Assembly (NCBI GenBank): GCA_965206845.1
Contig: OZ242221.1
Coordinates: 1,440,001 to 1,504,000, forward strand
Direction: 5' to 3'
DNA length: 64,000 bases
Origin: Cenarchaeum sp.
Lineage (GTDB): Archaea; Thermoproteota; Nitrososphaeria; Nitrososphaerales; Nitrosopumilaceae
Both the position numbers and the translations under genes were made by a program. The notes under the pieces are model-generated. The model saw only the letters and a program-made list of their open reading frames with translations, did no database searches and was not told the DNA's origin. Below, in pieces: positions 50,647-60,091 of the stretch. Position 1 is the first letter of the stretch; the number at the start of each line of letters is the position of its first letter.

Positions 50647-51075
50647 TTATGGAGTGTATACAGGTATAGAAGATTTTGTCAAATTATTTCCACCATCCTC
50701 TGCCCTGCTGCCTGCATCCACCGAGTAGTCGTTGATGACCCGGGACCGCAGATCCTTGATGTCATCCACGGCCCTCTTGACCGACAGCATCATCTCCATC
50801 ACCTCGTCGTCAATCTCGTCCATTGACGCGCCCGACTCCTCCAGTATGTCGATCAGCTCTGCGAGCAGCAGGCGGACCTGCCTCTTGTGCTCGTACTTGT
50901 AGTGGATGTGGCGGGCCATCTGCAGGATCTGGCTGACATCCTTCAGCTCCTCGCCGCTGAGCCTCTCTATGTGGGCGTCATGTCCAGGATCGAGCCGCGC
51001 CTCCACCAGGGAGGACAGGCGGCGTATCCTGTCTACGCGCGCGCCGTGGCTGGCATCCTCTTTGAACAGCTTCAA
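50647..51075 (-). CDS. Hypothetical helical protein
   Basis: 142-aa ORF coupled to the upstream gene. Confidence 0.6.
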   Translation of the reverse strand: MKLFKEDASHGARVDRIRRLSSLVEARLDPGHDAHIERLSGEELKDVSQILQMARHIHYKYEHKRQVRLLLAELIDILEESGASMDEIDDEVMEMMLSVKRAVDDIKDLRSRVINDYSVDAGSRAEDGGNNLTKSSIPVYTP

Positions 51076-51617
51076 ACGGTGTCTTTTGCACAGGTGTATA
51101 GATTAGGATGAAGCTTGTTTATTTTAGAGTCCGCTATCAACTTTGCTTCATTCAGTATCCGGGCGGACTCGCAGTTTGCAAGCTGCAGGTTGAACCTTGC
51201 GCCGATTATGGCTCCAGAGTCCATCACAACGCCACCCAGAGTGGAGGATGCAAGGTACAGGTCCATGCTCAGGTGCGGCATCGTGCGGAGCAGGCCGGAG
51301 CCTACGGCCCTGATCACCGGTATCAGCGGCGGCGCCCCTGCCGCAATGCTTGCCATGCTTGAAAGCGAGCCCAGTCTCTCCGTGACCTGCGTCAGCGATT
51401 CGATTGCGGCAGATACGGCCTTCTCGCGCTCGAGCTGCTCTGCCTGGCGCTCGTCGTACCTGTCAGAGCCTGCCAGCCGGTCGTTCTCCTGCTTGATGAG
51501 CTTCCTCTTGCAGCGCAGCTCCTTGAGTGCGGCGCCGGTCAGGGATACGACAAGCTCCAGCCTGGGCATTACGGAGAGCCTGCGGGCCGGTTCGGCGCCC
51601 ATCTGTTCTTGCATCAT
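51072..51617 (-). CDS. Hypothetical coiled-coil protein (possible divergent ESCRT-III/CdvB-like)
   Basis: Helical; ESARILNEA C-terminal pattern; same strand upstream of cdvC. Confidence 0.5.
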   Translation of the reverse strand: MMQEQMGAEPARRLSVMPRLELVVSLTGAALKELRCKRKLIKQENDRLAGSDRYDERQAEQLEREKAVSAAIESLTQVTERLGSLSSMASIAAGAPPLIPVIRAVGSGLLRTMPHLSMDLYLASSTLGGVVMDSGAIIGARFNLQLANCESARILNEAKLIADSKINKLHPNLYTCAKDTV

Positions 51618-51891
51618 GTAGGGATTGGATCAAATTTTGATATTTGAGCGCCCTGTATTTCCGCTGGCGTTAACCGCAGTAACAGACCCCCGTAGATACA
51701 CCATCCGCTCCGGCTTGGAGTCTGCGGCCGCCGGCGCGCATGTGCCCTCTGCTGCGGGACGGTTCCGGACTTGGGACGGTTCCATACGGCAGAGTCCTGC
51801 CTTCCACATATCCTGGCGCGCTGTGAGCCCGTGCGCATTCCGGGCCTTTTGCCCCATACCTTCATCAGGCGGTTGCGCACAACTGCTATCT

Positions 51892-52596
51892 ATGCCGGAG
51901 CCGCACGGTGTGAACATGGGACAGGGCAACCTGGCATCGAGACGTTGGGATGCCGAGTATGGGGGTGGCCGGTATGCAAACGAGGAGCCGGTCAATTTCG
52001 TCAAAACCATCATGTCGGCGCTTGAAGTGTCCGGACGATCCCTCCGCGGACTGTATGTGGGGTGCGGCAACGGCCGAAACTACGTGCCCCTGGCAGGCTC
52101 TGGCCTGAACATTCTGGGAATAGACATCTCCGCAGCGGCCATCGGTGATCTGTCAAGGAGGCATCCCTCACTCTCAGGCAAGCTGCTTTGCAAAAGCCTG
52201 GCAGACTTTGAGCCCCGCGGGTTGTTTGACTATGTAGTTGCCATACAGGTGTTCCAGCATGGCGCCGAGTCCGATGTATCGAGACATTTTGACAGTGTCT
52301 CGTGCCTGCTAAAAGCAGGCAGCCTGCTGTTTCTTAGGGTAAACTCCGCATCCACCGAAATCTGTCTCCGGCATACCGTGGTTGAGAAAAACATGCACGG
52401 CGGATTCACAGTCCGCTATGAAGAGGGACCAAAAAAGGGCCTCGACATACACTTTTTTTCGCAGGCGGAGCTGGAGGCGCATCTTTTGCGCAGAAACTTT
52501 GAGCTTGTGTCGGGGCCAAGCGAGGATTCGGTCTTGCGGGCTCCTCCAAAGACCGGCACCTGGTCACAGTGGGAAGCAGTGTCTAGGAAAAACTAG
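51892..52596 (+). CDS. Class I SAM-dependent methyltransferase
   Basis: LYVGCGNGRN, GIDIS, FDYVV; start uncertain. Confidence 0.85.
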   Translation: MPEPHGVNMGQGNLASRRWDAEYGGGRYANEEPVNFVKTIMSALEVSGRSLRGLYVGCGNGRNYVPLAGSGLNILGIDISAAAIGDLSRRHPSLSGKLLCKSLADFEPRGLFDYVVAIQVFQHGAESDVSRHFDSVSCLLKAGSLLFLRVNSASTEICLRHTVVEKNMHGGFTVRYEEGPKKGLDIHFFSQAELEAHLLRRNFELVSGPSEDSVLRAPPKTGTWSQWEAVSRKN

Positions 52597-53254
52597 GTAC
52601 GGCGTGTGCTCTATTTGGGCGCGGATTTGCACATCATGGCGGATCCCAGAGTCCAGCTCGGTGCAGCAGGCAGCCCCGCATCGAAGACCCGGGGAGGATG
52701 CCACGTGGAGATGTAGGGCCGCCTTCCGGACTCTGCCCTGCCGCCACGGCAGGTTCCCCCTGCGGGCGCAAGTGATGGATCAGGCCGTTCCAGCTACGCG
52801 CCTGCATATCCTGTCTCCTCACATATGGGAAGTCGGATCCCATTCGGACTGCCCGGTCCCGGGGAGGCTCCATCCCAGAATGCGGCCCATGCTGATCCGA
52901 AGCCCTACGTACCTAGCATGATTGCCGTTGGTGCAGGCGGCACTGGGAGTAAGGGATCCGCCATCGGCAGCGCCCCGGAGGTGCAGCCCACGGACGGCCC
53001 CGAAGATCCGCAAGGGTTCTAGGACAGACCGCGCAGGCCGTCCGGGATTTTGGACACTGCATGCGGTATCCGCCGTCTGGACACTGCAGTTGCGCCGCAG
53101 GCCCCTGCATGCCTTGTATGGGGCGGGGATCGCATGGCCGGAGGAGACCTGCGGGTTACGGCGCGCAAATGGCATGGGGTTGGAAATAATTTTGAGCAAC
53201 TGTATAAAGGAATTAAGCTCTTGATCTTACCTAACAATCGGGCAAGATCATCCG

Positions 53255-54406
53255 ATGATGTCCGAGAATAAGCTACATGTAAGTCTGGAGGAGTTTGGAC
53301 TGAGCAAGTACGAGTCAAGGGCATATGTGGCCCTGATGTCGATGGGCACCGTCTCGGCCAGCGAGCTTGCATACTATGCCGAGATTCCAAGGCCCAAGGT
53401 GTATCCGACCCTGCTAAAGCTGGCGAAGAAGAAGCTGGTGGTGACCTCAAAGAGCAAGCCCATAACCTGCACCGCCACCTCTCCGGAGGATGCCTTTGAC
53501 GGCATCATCAATGATCAGATAAACAAGGTAAACGCAATGAACTCCCTGGTGTCTGATCTGAAGAGGATCAGCGAGGAGAACAAAAAGTCCCGTGGATCAG
53601 AGGAGGGCAGGTACTCCTACCTGTCTGCGCGCGGCGTGCTGATCCGCTTGAGAGAGATGATCCAGAGGGCAAGATCCTCCATCTGGATAATGGTGGATCA
53701 GTCGGGCCTGGGGCTTTTGTCAGAGTGCAGGGAGGAGATCCTGTCCGCCCTGCGGAGGGACATGGATGTGAGGATGGTCATCCCCCCGGAGCTTGCGGGT
53801 TCGGACTCGCTTCGCGCCATACCGGGCGGCCTCGGCATTCGCATCTCGGAGATATCCCAGAACTGCATCATGTTTGACGAGGTGGAGACGTTTATGGTGA
53901 ATAGCGACACCGGAAAGGGGGCGATCTTCTCCACCGACGTCTTGGCATCTGGCCAGAAGCGAATGTTCTCCCACGTGTGGGAGAGGGCGGCAGATGTCAG
54001 CAGCATGTCTGACCTGAAGAAGTCCGAGATGCAGGAGATCTGTAGGATGATCAGGCTGGTCAGCGAGGATGCACTCTGCTACCTGCTGGGCTCCCGCATG
54101 GTTGCAGGGGATCACAGCAGGGGGCTGCTGGATATGATGGAGGCAAACGGCATAAGGCTGAGATCCAAGACCTTGGAGGAGGTCACCGGCACCGTGGACT
54201 CGATACTGCATATGGCCTGCCGCGGACACGCGGATCTTAACGATAAGAGCCGCGCCATAACGGTGGAATCGGGAGTAAGCGGCTGGCACTCGCTGCCGTG
54301 GGTTGCCATACTGGAGGAGTACCTGCACAGCTGCGGCCATAAAACCAGGATCGCGTACCGAGACAACCCGCAGAAGGGCGAGCGTGTCTACATCAAGATC
54401 TTCTGA
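53255..54406 (+). CDS. TrmB-family transcriptional regulator
   Basis: FGLSKYESRAYVAL..IPRPKVY HTH. Confidence 0.9.
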   Translation: MMSENKLHVSLEEFGLSKYESRAYVALMSMGTVSASELAYYAEIPRPKVYPTLLKLAKKKLVVTSKSKPITCTATSPEDAFDGIINDQINKVNAMNSLVSDLKRISEENKKSRGSEEGRYSYLSARGVLIRLREMIQRARSSIWIMVDQSGLGLLSECREEILSALRRDMDVRMVIPPELAGSDSLRAIPGGLGIRISEISQNCIMFDEVETFMVNSDTGKGAIFSTDVLASGQKRMFSHVWERAADVSSMSDLKKSEMQEICRMIRLVSEDALCYLLGSRMVAGDHSRGLLDMMEANGIRLRSKTLEEVTGTVDSILHMACRGHADLNDKSRAITVESGVSGWHSLPWVAILEEYLHSCGHKTRIAYRDNPQKGERVYIKIF

Positions 54407-54512
54407 TGAACAGGATCGTGCGCCGCAGGCAGGTGCCGGCCAGGCTGCACCTGGGCGATGCCGTTGCAGGCTCGGATCCCGCAGGCGACCGTAAACTAAA
54501 AATCATCATCCA

Positions 54513-55007
54513 TTGCCCGAACCCTCCGTGGGGGCAATAGGTAGGCTGAAGGAGATGGGGATAGTCCTGCCGGAACCGCCAAAGCCCGCCGGGTACTATG
54601 TGCCGGTGAGAATCACACATCCGGACGGGGGCACGGCCTACGTCTCAGGGCAGATTCCGGTACGCGACGGCAGGGTCGTATTCGCAGGGAGTGTGTCTGA
54701 TGGGAACATCGACGAGGCAAGGGACTCGGCAAGGCTCTGCCTGCTCAACGTGCTGGCGCAGCTGAGGGGGGAGATGCGCCGCCGGAACCTGGATCTGGAC
54801 GATGTGGCGGGGTTTAGCATGCTGTCCGGGTTTGTAAGCTCTGATCCGGAGTTTCACAACCACCACAAGGTGATGGACGCGGCATCGGAGCTTCTCTCTG
54901 ACATATTCGGGGATCGCGGGTGCCACTCGCGGATCGCAGTGGGCGTCTCCTGCCTGCCGCTGAACTCGATGACGGAGATCAGCGCGGTGGCGGAGATCTC
55001 TTTGTAG
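54513..55007 (+). CDS. RidA/YjgF-family protein
   Basis: YVSGQIP, HSRIAVGVSCLPLN..EI. Confidence 0.9.
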   Translation: MPEPSVGAIGRLKEMGIVLPEPPKPAGYYVPVRITHPDGGTAYVSGQIPVRDGRVVFAGSVSDGNIDEARDSARLCLLNVLAQLRGEMRRRNLDLDDVAGFSMLSGFVSSDPEFHNHHKVMDAASELLSDIFGDRGCHSRIAVGVSCLPLNSMTEISAVAEISL

Positions 55008-55108
55008 CTATGTCTCTGGCAGAGTGCCACGCTTGGATCCGTGCATGGTTCCCCGTCCGGCAGTGCGTATGGTGCCGCATGTGACATACTTATAGTCGAG
55101 ATCTGCCA

Positions 55109-56143
55109 ATGCCGCATATGAATACCGCAGCCGTCTCAAAGCCCTCGGTAGTTGAGGTGGGCCAGCAGAAGAGCCCCGTGATGGGCCCAGAGGACATTCT
55201 CGTGGAGATGCAGGCCTGCGGCATCTGCGGCTCGGATGTTGAGAAGGTCTTTGGCCAATACGGGCAGCCCTCCCGGAGGCTGGGACACGAGCCGGCAGGG
55301 ATCATCAAGGCCGCAGGCGGGAAGGTGACGGGGTTTGCCGTGGGGGACAGGGTGTTTGCGCACCATCACGTCCCGTGCTACTCGTGCCACTACTGCAGCC
55401 ACGGCAACGAGACCATGTGCCCAAAGTACTACGAGTCGAACCTCCTTCCGTGCGGCCTGTCAGAGGAGTTCGTGGTGCAGGGATGGAATGTTGAGCGCGG
55501 AGGTGTGCTCAAGCTCCCTGACTCGGTGGGGTTTGAGGCGGCTACGATGATCGAGCCCCTGGCCTGTTGCATACGATCCTGGAAGAAGATCCCCCACCAG
55601 GCAGGCGACTCGGTGGCCGTGTACGGCGTGGGCCCCACGGGAATGATGCACATAATGCTGGCAGAGTCGTACGGCCTTGACAAGATATTCTGCCTTGACG
55701 TAAACCAGTTTCGGCTCGACTTTGCAAAAAAGTTCCACGTCACAGATGCCATACACTCTGCCGATCTGCACAAGAGAGAGAAGATCATGTCTGTTACGGG
55801 TCGGGGCGTTGATGTGGCCGTGGTGGCCACCGGAAACCTTGCCGCGCTGCAGGACGCCATCGGGTCAGTCAGAAAGGGCGGCACGATCATGATGTTCGGG
55901 GTTCCATCGGCAGGCGCCTCACTGAACCTGGATATGAGCTCCATATACTCCAGGGAGATCACGATGACCACCAGCTATGCCGCATCCGACGACGACACCC
56001 GCCTGGCTCTGGAGATGATCAGGGACTCGCAGGTGCCGGTGCAGGATCTCGTGACCCACAGGTACCGGCTGCAGGACTCGCAGAAGGCATTTGATCACGC
56101 GCGCACCGGCGCAGGCGCGATGAAGATCATAATCACGAGGTAA
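55109..56143 (+). CDS. Zinc-dependent MDR dehydrogenase (sorbitol/threonine DH-like)
   Basis: CGICGSD, GHE, CxxCxxC...C, GVGPTG. Confidence 0.9.
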   Translation: MPHMNTAAVSKPSVVEVGQQKSPVMGPEDILVEMQACGICGSDVEKVFGQYGQPSRRLGHEPAGIIKAAGGKVTGFAVGDRVFAHHHVPCYSCHYCSHGNETMCPKYYESNLLPCGLSEEFVVQGWNVERGGVLKLPDSVGFEAATMIEPLACCIRSWKKIPHQAGDSVAVYGVGPTGMMHIMLAESYGLDKIFCLDVNQFRLDFAKKFHVTDAIHSADLHKREKIMSVTGRGVDVAVVATGNLAALQDAIGSVRKGGTIMMFGVPSAGASLNLDMSSIYSREITMTTSYAASDDDTRLALEMIRDSQVPVQDLVTHRYRLQDSQKAFDHARTGAGAMKIIITR

Positions 56144-56225
56144 TCCCAGTCTGCGGGCCGTCGCGGCTGCCCTGTGGTGCCGCAGCCGTTTTGCCCTGCC
56201 GGAGATAGGAATCCTTAAGAGAGGC

Positions 56226-57038
56226 ATGCGGGACGTAAACGCAGGACTGGACTGGGGACTGAAGAATCGCCTGGCCCGGATCATCAGGCCCGAGGATGGC
56301 CGAGCGCTAATGCTGGCAGTGGATCACGGATACTTTCTTGGCCCCACAGAGAAGCTGGAGAATCCCGAGGCTGCAATACGGCCGCTGGTCAAATACTGCG
56401 ACTCGCTGATGCTGACCCGCGGGGTGCAGCGGGCATCGGTTGATGCCAGCTACCCTATACCAATAGTGCTTCGCATGTCCGGCGGAACAAGCATCATCGG
56501 CGACGACCTCTCAAAGGAGGATATCACCGTGAGCACAAAGGACGCGCTGCGCCTCAACGCGTCTGCGCTGGCAATGTCGATATTTGTGGGCTCAAAGTAC
56601 GAGTACCAGACCGTGGTCAACTTGGGCAAGTTGGTAAACGAGGCCGAGGAGTACGGGCTTCCCGTTCTGGCAGTCACCGCCGTGGGCAAGGAGCTGGGAA
56701 AGGATGCCCGGTATCTCTCGCTGGCGTGCAGGATTGCAGCCGAGCAGGGGGCGCACATCGTAAAGACGTACTACTGTGAGAACTTTGAGAGGGTGGTCGA
56801 CTCGTGTCCTGTGCCGGTCATCATCGCCGGCGGGAAAAAGATCCCAGAGCGCGACGCGCTGCAGCTTACATACGACGCGATAAACGCCGGGGCCGTAGGA
56901 GTTGACATGGGCAGAAACATCTGGCAGTCCGAGAACCCCGTACCCATGATAAGGGCGGTCCGCACCATCGTGCATGAGGGATCAAGCCCCGATGCCGCAT
57001 ACGATCTCTACCTGCGCCTCTGCCGGGACGGGCAGTGA
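56226..57038 (+). CDS. lsrF: LsrF-like class I aldolase/thiolase
   Basis: MLAVDHGYFLGP, IVKTYY, IAGGKK, GVDMGRNIWQ. Confidence 0.82.
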   Translation: MRDVNAGLDWGLKNRLARIIRPEDGRALMLAVDHGYFLGPTEKLENPEAAIRPLVKYCDSLMLTRGVQRASVDASYPIPIVLRMSGGTSIIGDDLSKEDITVSTKDALRLNASALAMSIFVGSKYEYQTVVNLGKLVNEAEEYGLPVLAVTAVGKELGKDARYLSLACRIAAEQGAHIVKTYYCENFERVVDSCPVPVIIAGGKKIPERDALQLTYDAINAGAVGVDMGRNIWQSENPVPMIRAVRTIVHEGSSPDAAYDLYLRLCRDGQ

Positions 57039-57052
57039 GCCAGATACCAGTT

Positions 57053-57469
57053 TTACCTGGAAGTCCTTGAGAAGTGTATGTGCACTATTCTCCAGTCCGG
57101 CCTTTTTACCAGCACGAACGTGGCCCGACTCTCCATCACCATGTGCTCCCCCGTAAACGCCTTGTTGTCCACGAGCATGCCACTCTGCCGCAACCCAAAG
57201 GCCGCCACCGCCGTGTTTCCAAACACGCTTACGCTGGGATTCTTTATCTCGTAGTCGTAGTCCGATATGCTGACAAATCTCAGCTCTTGCAGGGCCACGC
57301 TCATTGCAAAGTCCTTCAGGTCATAGGGCGGCATGTCTGAAAAGCTGGAGAACTCCGGACAGTCAAGCTGGATCTTCCTTAGGTGCGCCAGATCCTTGGT
57401 CTTTCCTGCTTGGAAGAACGAATCAATCACCCCTACCACATCTCCCACGTCTGACAAAATCTCTGCCAT
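57053..57469 (-). CDS. SnoaL/NTF2-like protein
   Basis: RATFVLVK..WRIVHIHFS C-terminus. Confidence 0.8.
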   Translation of the reverse strand: MAEILSDVGDVVGVIDSFFQAGKTKDLAHLRKIQLDCPEFSSFSDMPPYDLKDFAMSVALQELRFVSISDYDYEIKNPSVSVFGNTAVAAFGLRQSGMLVDNKAFTGEHMVMESRATFVLVKRPDWRIVHIHFSRTSR

Positions 57470-57908
57470 ACCTGTTCCGCTTATCGGTTTAAAGTCTTGT
57501 GAACACGAAGGCTGTGTCCTACGGACATATGTGAACTGGAATTGGTTCTGTCGATCTGGCGCGTTTGGCTATGTTTGTAGGACACGGCTGAACACGAACC
57601 TGCGCAGCTGAAGGGGGCACTGTCGCGTGCAGATCTGGCGCCGTGTGCGGGACGCCATGGCGCAGGGTGGATCATGGGAGAAGCTCCGAGCGTGGTGCGC
57701 GGCAGCGGGCCAAAACCGCCGCCCCGATGCCGGTGGCCGGGGCGCATGTCTGCTCTGGCCGGCCTTTGGCAGACGATGCCACTGTTGAGATCATGTTTAA
57801 TAGTTGAATACCGTACCGTTACTACATGCAGAAACCGGTTCCAATTTTGATACTGGTAGTGTTGCGCTGATTATCTCTCACGTTAAAATAATGGCGAGAT
57901 GTTGTTTG

Positions 57909-59603
57909 ATGAGTATGGATGAGATGATTGGTGCAAGGGCCTTGATGGTCGCCATGGAGAAGGAAGGCGTCAAGGAGGTATTTGGCCTACCGGGGGGTGC
58001 GAACCTTCCGATATATGACGAGTTTGCCCGGTGCGACATACGGCACATTCTTGTGCGCCACGAGCAGTCCGCATCGCACATGGCAGACGGATTCGGCCGG
58101 GTCAGCAGAAAGCCTGGTGTGTGTTTTGCCACATCGGGACCCGGCGCCACAAACATTCTGACGGGAATGGCCACAGCGCAGGCAGACTCGGCGCCCATGG
58201 TGGCAGTAACGGGCCAGGTGCCTGTACCGATGATCGGGCGGGACGCATTCCAGGAGAGCGACATCATCGGAATGTCAAACCCCGTGGTCAAGTACGCGTT
58301 TCAGCCTAGGCTGCCCGAGGATGTTCCCATGGCCGTCCGGCAGGGATTCTTCATCGCCGAGTCGGGTAGGCCGGGGCCGGTTCTAATCGACATCCCAAAG
58401 GATGTGCAGCAGAACAAGGCCTCCATGACGTTTCCCGAGGAGTTCAAGATCCGGGGGTACCATCCATGGACGGATCCCGACATCGTCAATATATCCCGGG
58501 CCATAGAGATGCTGCTCTCGGCGGACAGGCCGGTGATCCTTGCGGGCGGAGGGGCGATAATCTCCTCTGCCTTTGCCGAGCTTCAGGCCATAGCCGAGAT
58601 GCTCATGATTCCGGTGGTTACCACGTTCAAGGGCAAGGGTGCCTTTCCGGAGAACCACCCCCTGTCTCTTGGGCCCATAGGAATGCACGGCCACGCCGAG
58701 GCAAACAAGATAATGATCGAGGCCGACTGTGTCATTGCCATAGGTACCAGGTTCTCAGACCGCTCCGTGGGAACCTTTGAAGAGTTTGAGAGGCGCCTGA
58801 AGATAATCCACATGGATGTGGATCCCGCAGAGATAGGCAAGAACCAGACCACGCAGGTGGCCGTAGTGGGCGATGTCCGCGCATCCCTTAGAATCATGCT
58901 CAAGATGCTTGCGACGAAGGCGCTCAGCCGATCCGAGGACAACGTGTGGCTCAAGCACGTAAAAGAGACAAAGACGTATTGGAAGGAGAACCTGAAGATC
59001 CACCCAGGCGAGATGGGCGCAGCAAAAATCCTCCGCAAGCTCCGGGAGGTGCTTCCGCCGGAGGCGGTGGTCACCACCGAGGTAGGGCAGCACCAGATGT
59101 GGGCATCGCTCTTCTTTGACGTGATACAGCCTGGAACCTTCTTCAGCTCCACGGGCCTCGGAACCATGGGATGGGGGTTCCCGGCGGCCATCGGCGCCAA
59201 GGTGGCCAAGCCGGGTGTGCCGGTGGTGGACATTGCCGGCGACGGAAGCTTCAGCATGACTGAGAACTCCCTTGCCACCTCCGTCCTAGAGGACATACCG
59301 GTAATCGTATTTCTCGTAAACAACTTCAGCCTCGGCATGGTCGCCCAGTGGCAGAGAACCTTTTACGACAGGAGGATGATCGGCGTGGATCAGTGCAAGT
59401 GCCCCGACTATGTCCGGCTGGCCGAGTCCTACGGCGCCCAGGGAATCCGCGCCCAGTCCATCGACGAGCTCGGAGACGCCATCAGGGTGGGGCTCAAGAG
59501 CGACGTCGCAACAGTCATCGATATTCCAATTGACCCCGAGGAGGACGTGCTGCCATTTGTGGCCCCGGGAACACCGCTCAAGGACATGATCCTTCCGTCG
59601 TGA
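57909..59603 (+). CDS. ilvB: Acetolactate synthase large subunit
   Basis: FGLPGG, RHEQ, TSGPGATN, GDGSF TPP motif. Confidence 0.96.
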   Translation: MSMDEMIGARALMVAMEKEGVKEVFGLPGGANLPIYDEFARCDIRHILVRHEQSASHMADGFGRVSRKPGVCFATSGPGATNILTGMATAQADSAPMVAVTGQVPVPMIGRDAFQESDIIGMSNPVVKYAFQPRLPEDVPMAVRQGFFIAESGRPGPVLIDIPKDVQQNKASMTFPEEFKIRGYHPWTDPDIVNISRAIEMLLSADRPVILAGGGAIISSAFAELQAIAEMLMIPVVTTFKGKGAFPENHPLSLGPIGMHGHAEANKIMIEADCVIAIGTRFSDRSVGTFEEFERRLKIIHMDVDPAEIGKNQTTQVAVVGDVRASLRIMLKMLATKALSRSEDNVWLKHVKETKTYWKENLKIHPGEMGAAKILRKLREVLPPEAVVTTEVGQHQMWASLFFDVIQPGTFFSSTGLGTMGWGFPAAIGAKVAKPGVPVVDIAGDGSFSMTENSLATSVLEDIPVIVFLVNNFSLGMVAQWQRTFYDRRMIGVDQCKCPDYVRLAESYGAQGIRAQSIDELGDAIRVGLKSDVATVIDIPIDPEEDVLPFVAPGTPLKDMILPS

Positions 59604-60091
59604 CTGCAATGTGGGCCATACTATCAATACTTGTTGAAAACAAGCCGGGAATTCTCTGGAAGGTCACCAACCTGTTTCGTTCCAGAAACTTCAACATAGA
59701 CAGCATATCGGTGGGGGTGACAGACAACCCCGAGTTCTCCAGGATGACCATAACCACCATAGGCGACGAAAAGCAGATCGCCCAGATAGTCAAGCAGCTT
59801 GACAAGCTCATAGATACCGTCGAGGTGAGGCAGCTGGACGAATCCAAGTCCGTATACCGGGAGATGTGCATCTTTAAAATCAAAGTCGGCAGCGCCAAGG
59901 ACAGCATGGAGATCAACACGATGGCTGCCGCCTACCATGGCAAAGTTCACGATGCGAAGAGCGACTCGATCATGGTGGAGCTGACCGCAACTCCGGACCA
60001 GATCAACGCCTTTGAGGAGCTGGTAAGGCACTTTGGGATAATCGAGGTGGCGCGCACCGGCGTCGCGGCGCTACAGAGGAGCGGCATATGA
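59600..60091 (+). CDS. ilvH: Acetolactate synthase small subunit
   Basis: ACT domain LVENKPG..RNFNIDS, EVARTG. Confidence 0.94.
   Translation: MTAMWAILSILVENKPGILWKVTNLFRSRNFNIDSISVGVTDNPEFSRMTITTIGDEKQIAQIVKQLDKLIDTVEVRQLDESKSVYREMCIFKIKVGSAKDSMEINTMAAAYHGKVHDAKSDSIMVELTATPDQINAFEELVRHFGIIEVARTGVAALQRSGI

Noticed and set aside
57470-57908. tRNA, riboswitch or attenuator upstream of ilvB
   Set aside because: No cloverleaf, T-loop consensus or Leu/Ile/Val-rich leader peptide recognised. No tRNA or rRNA gene was identified anywhere in the window.
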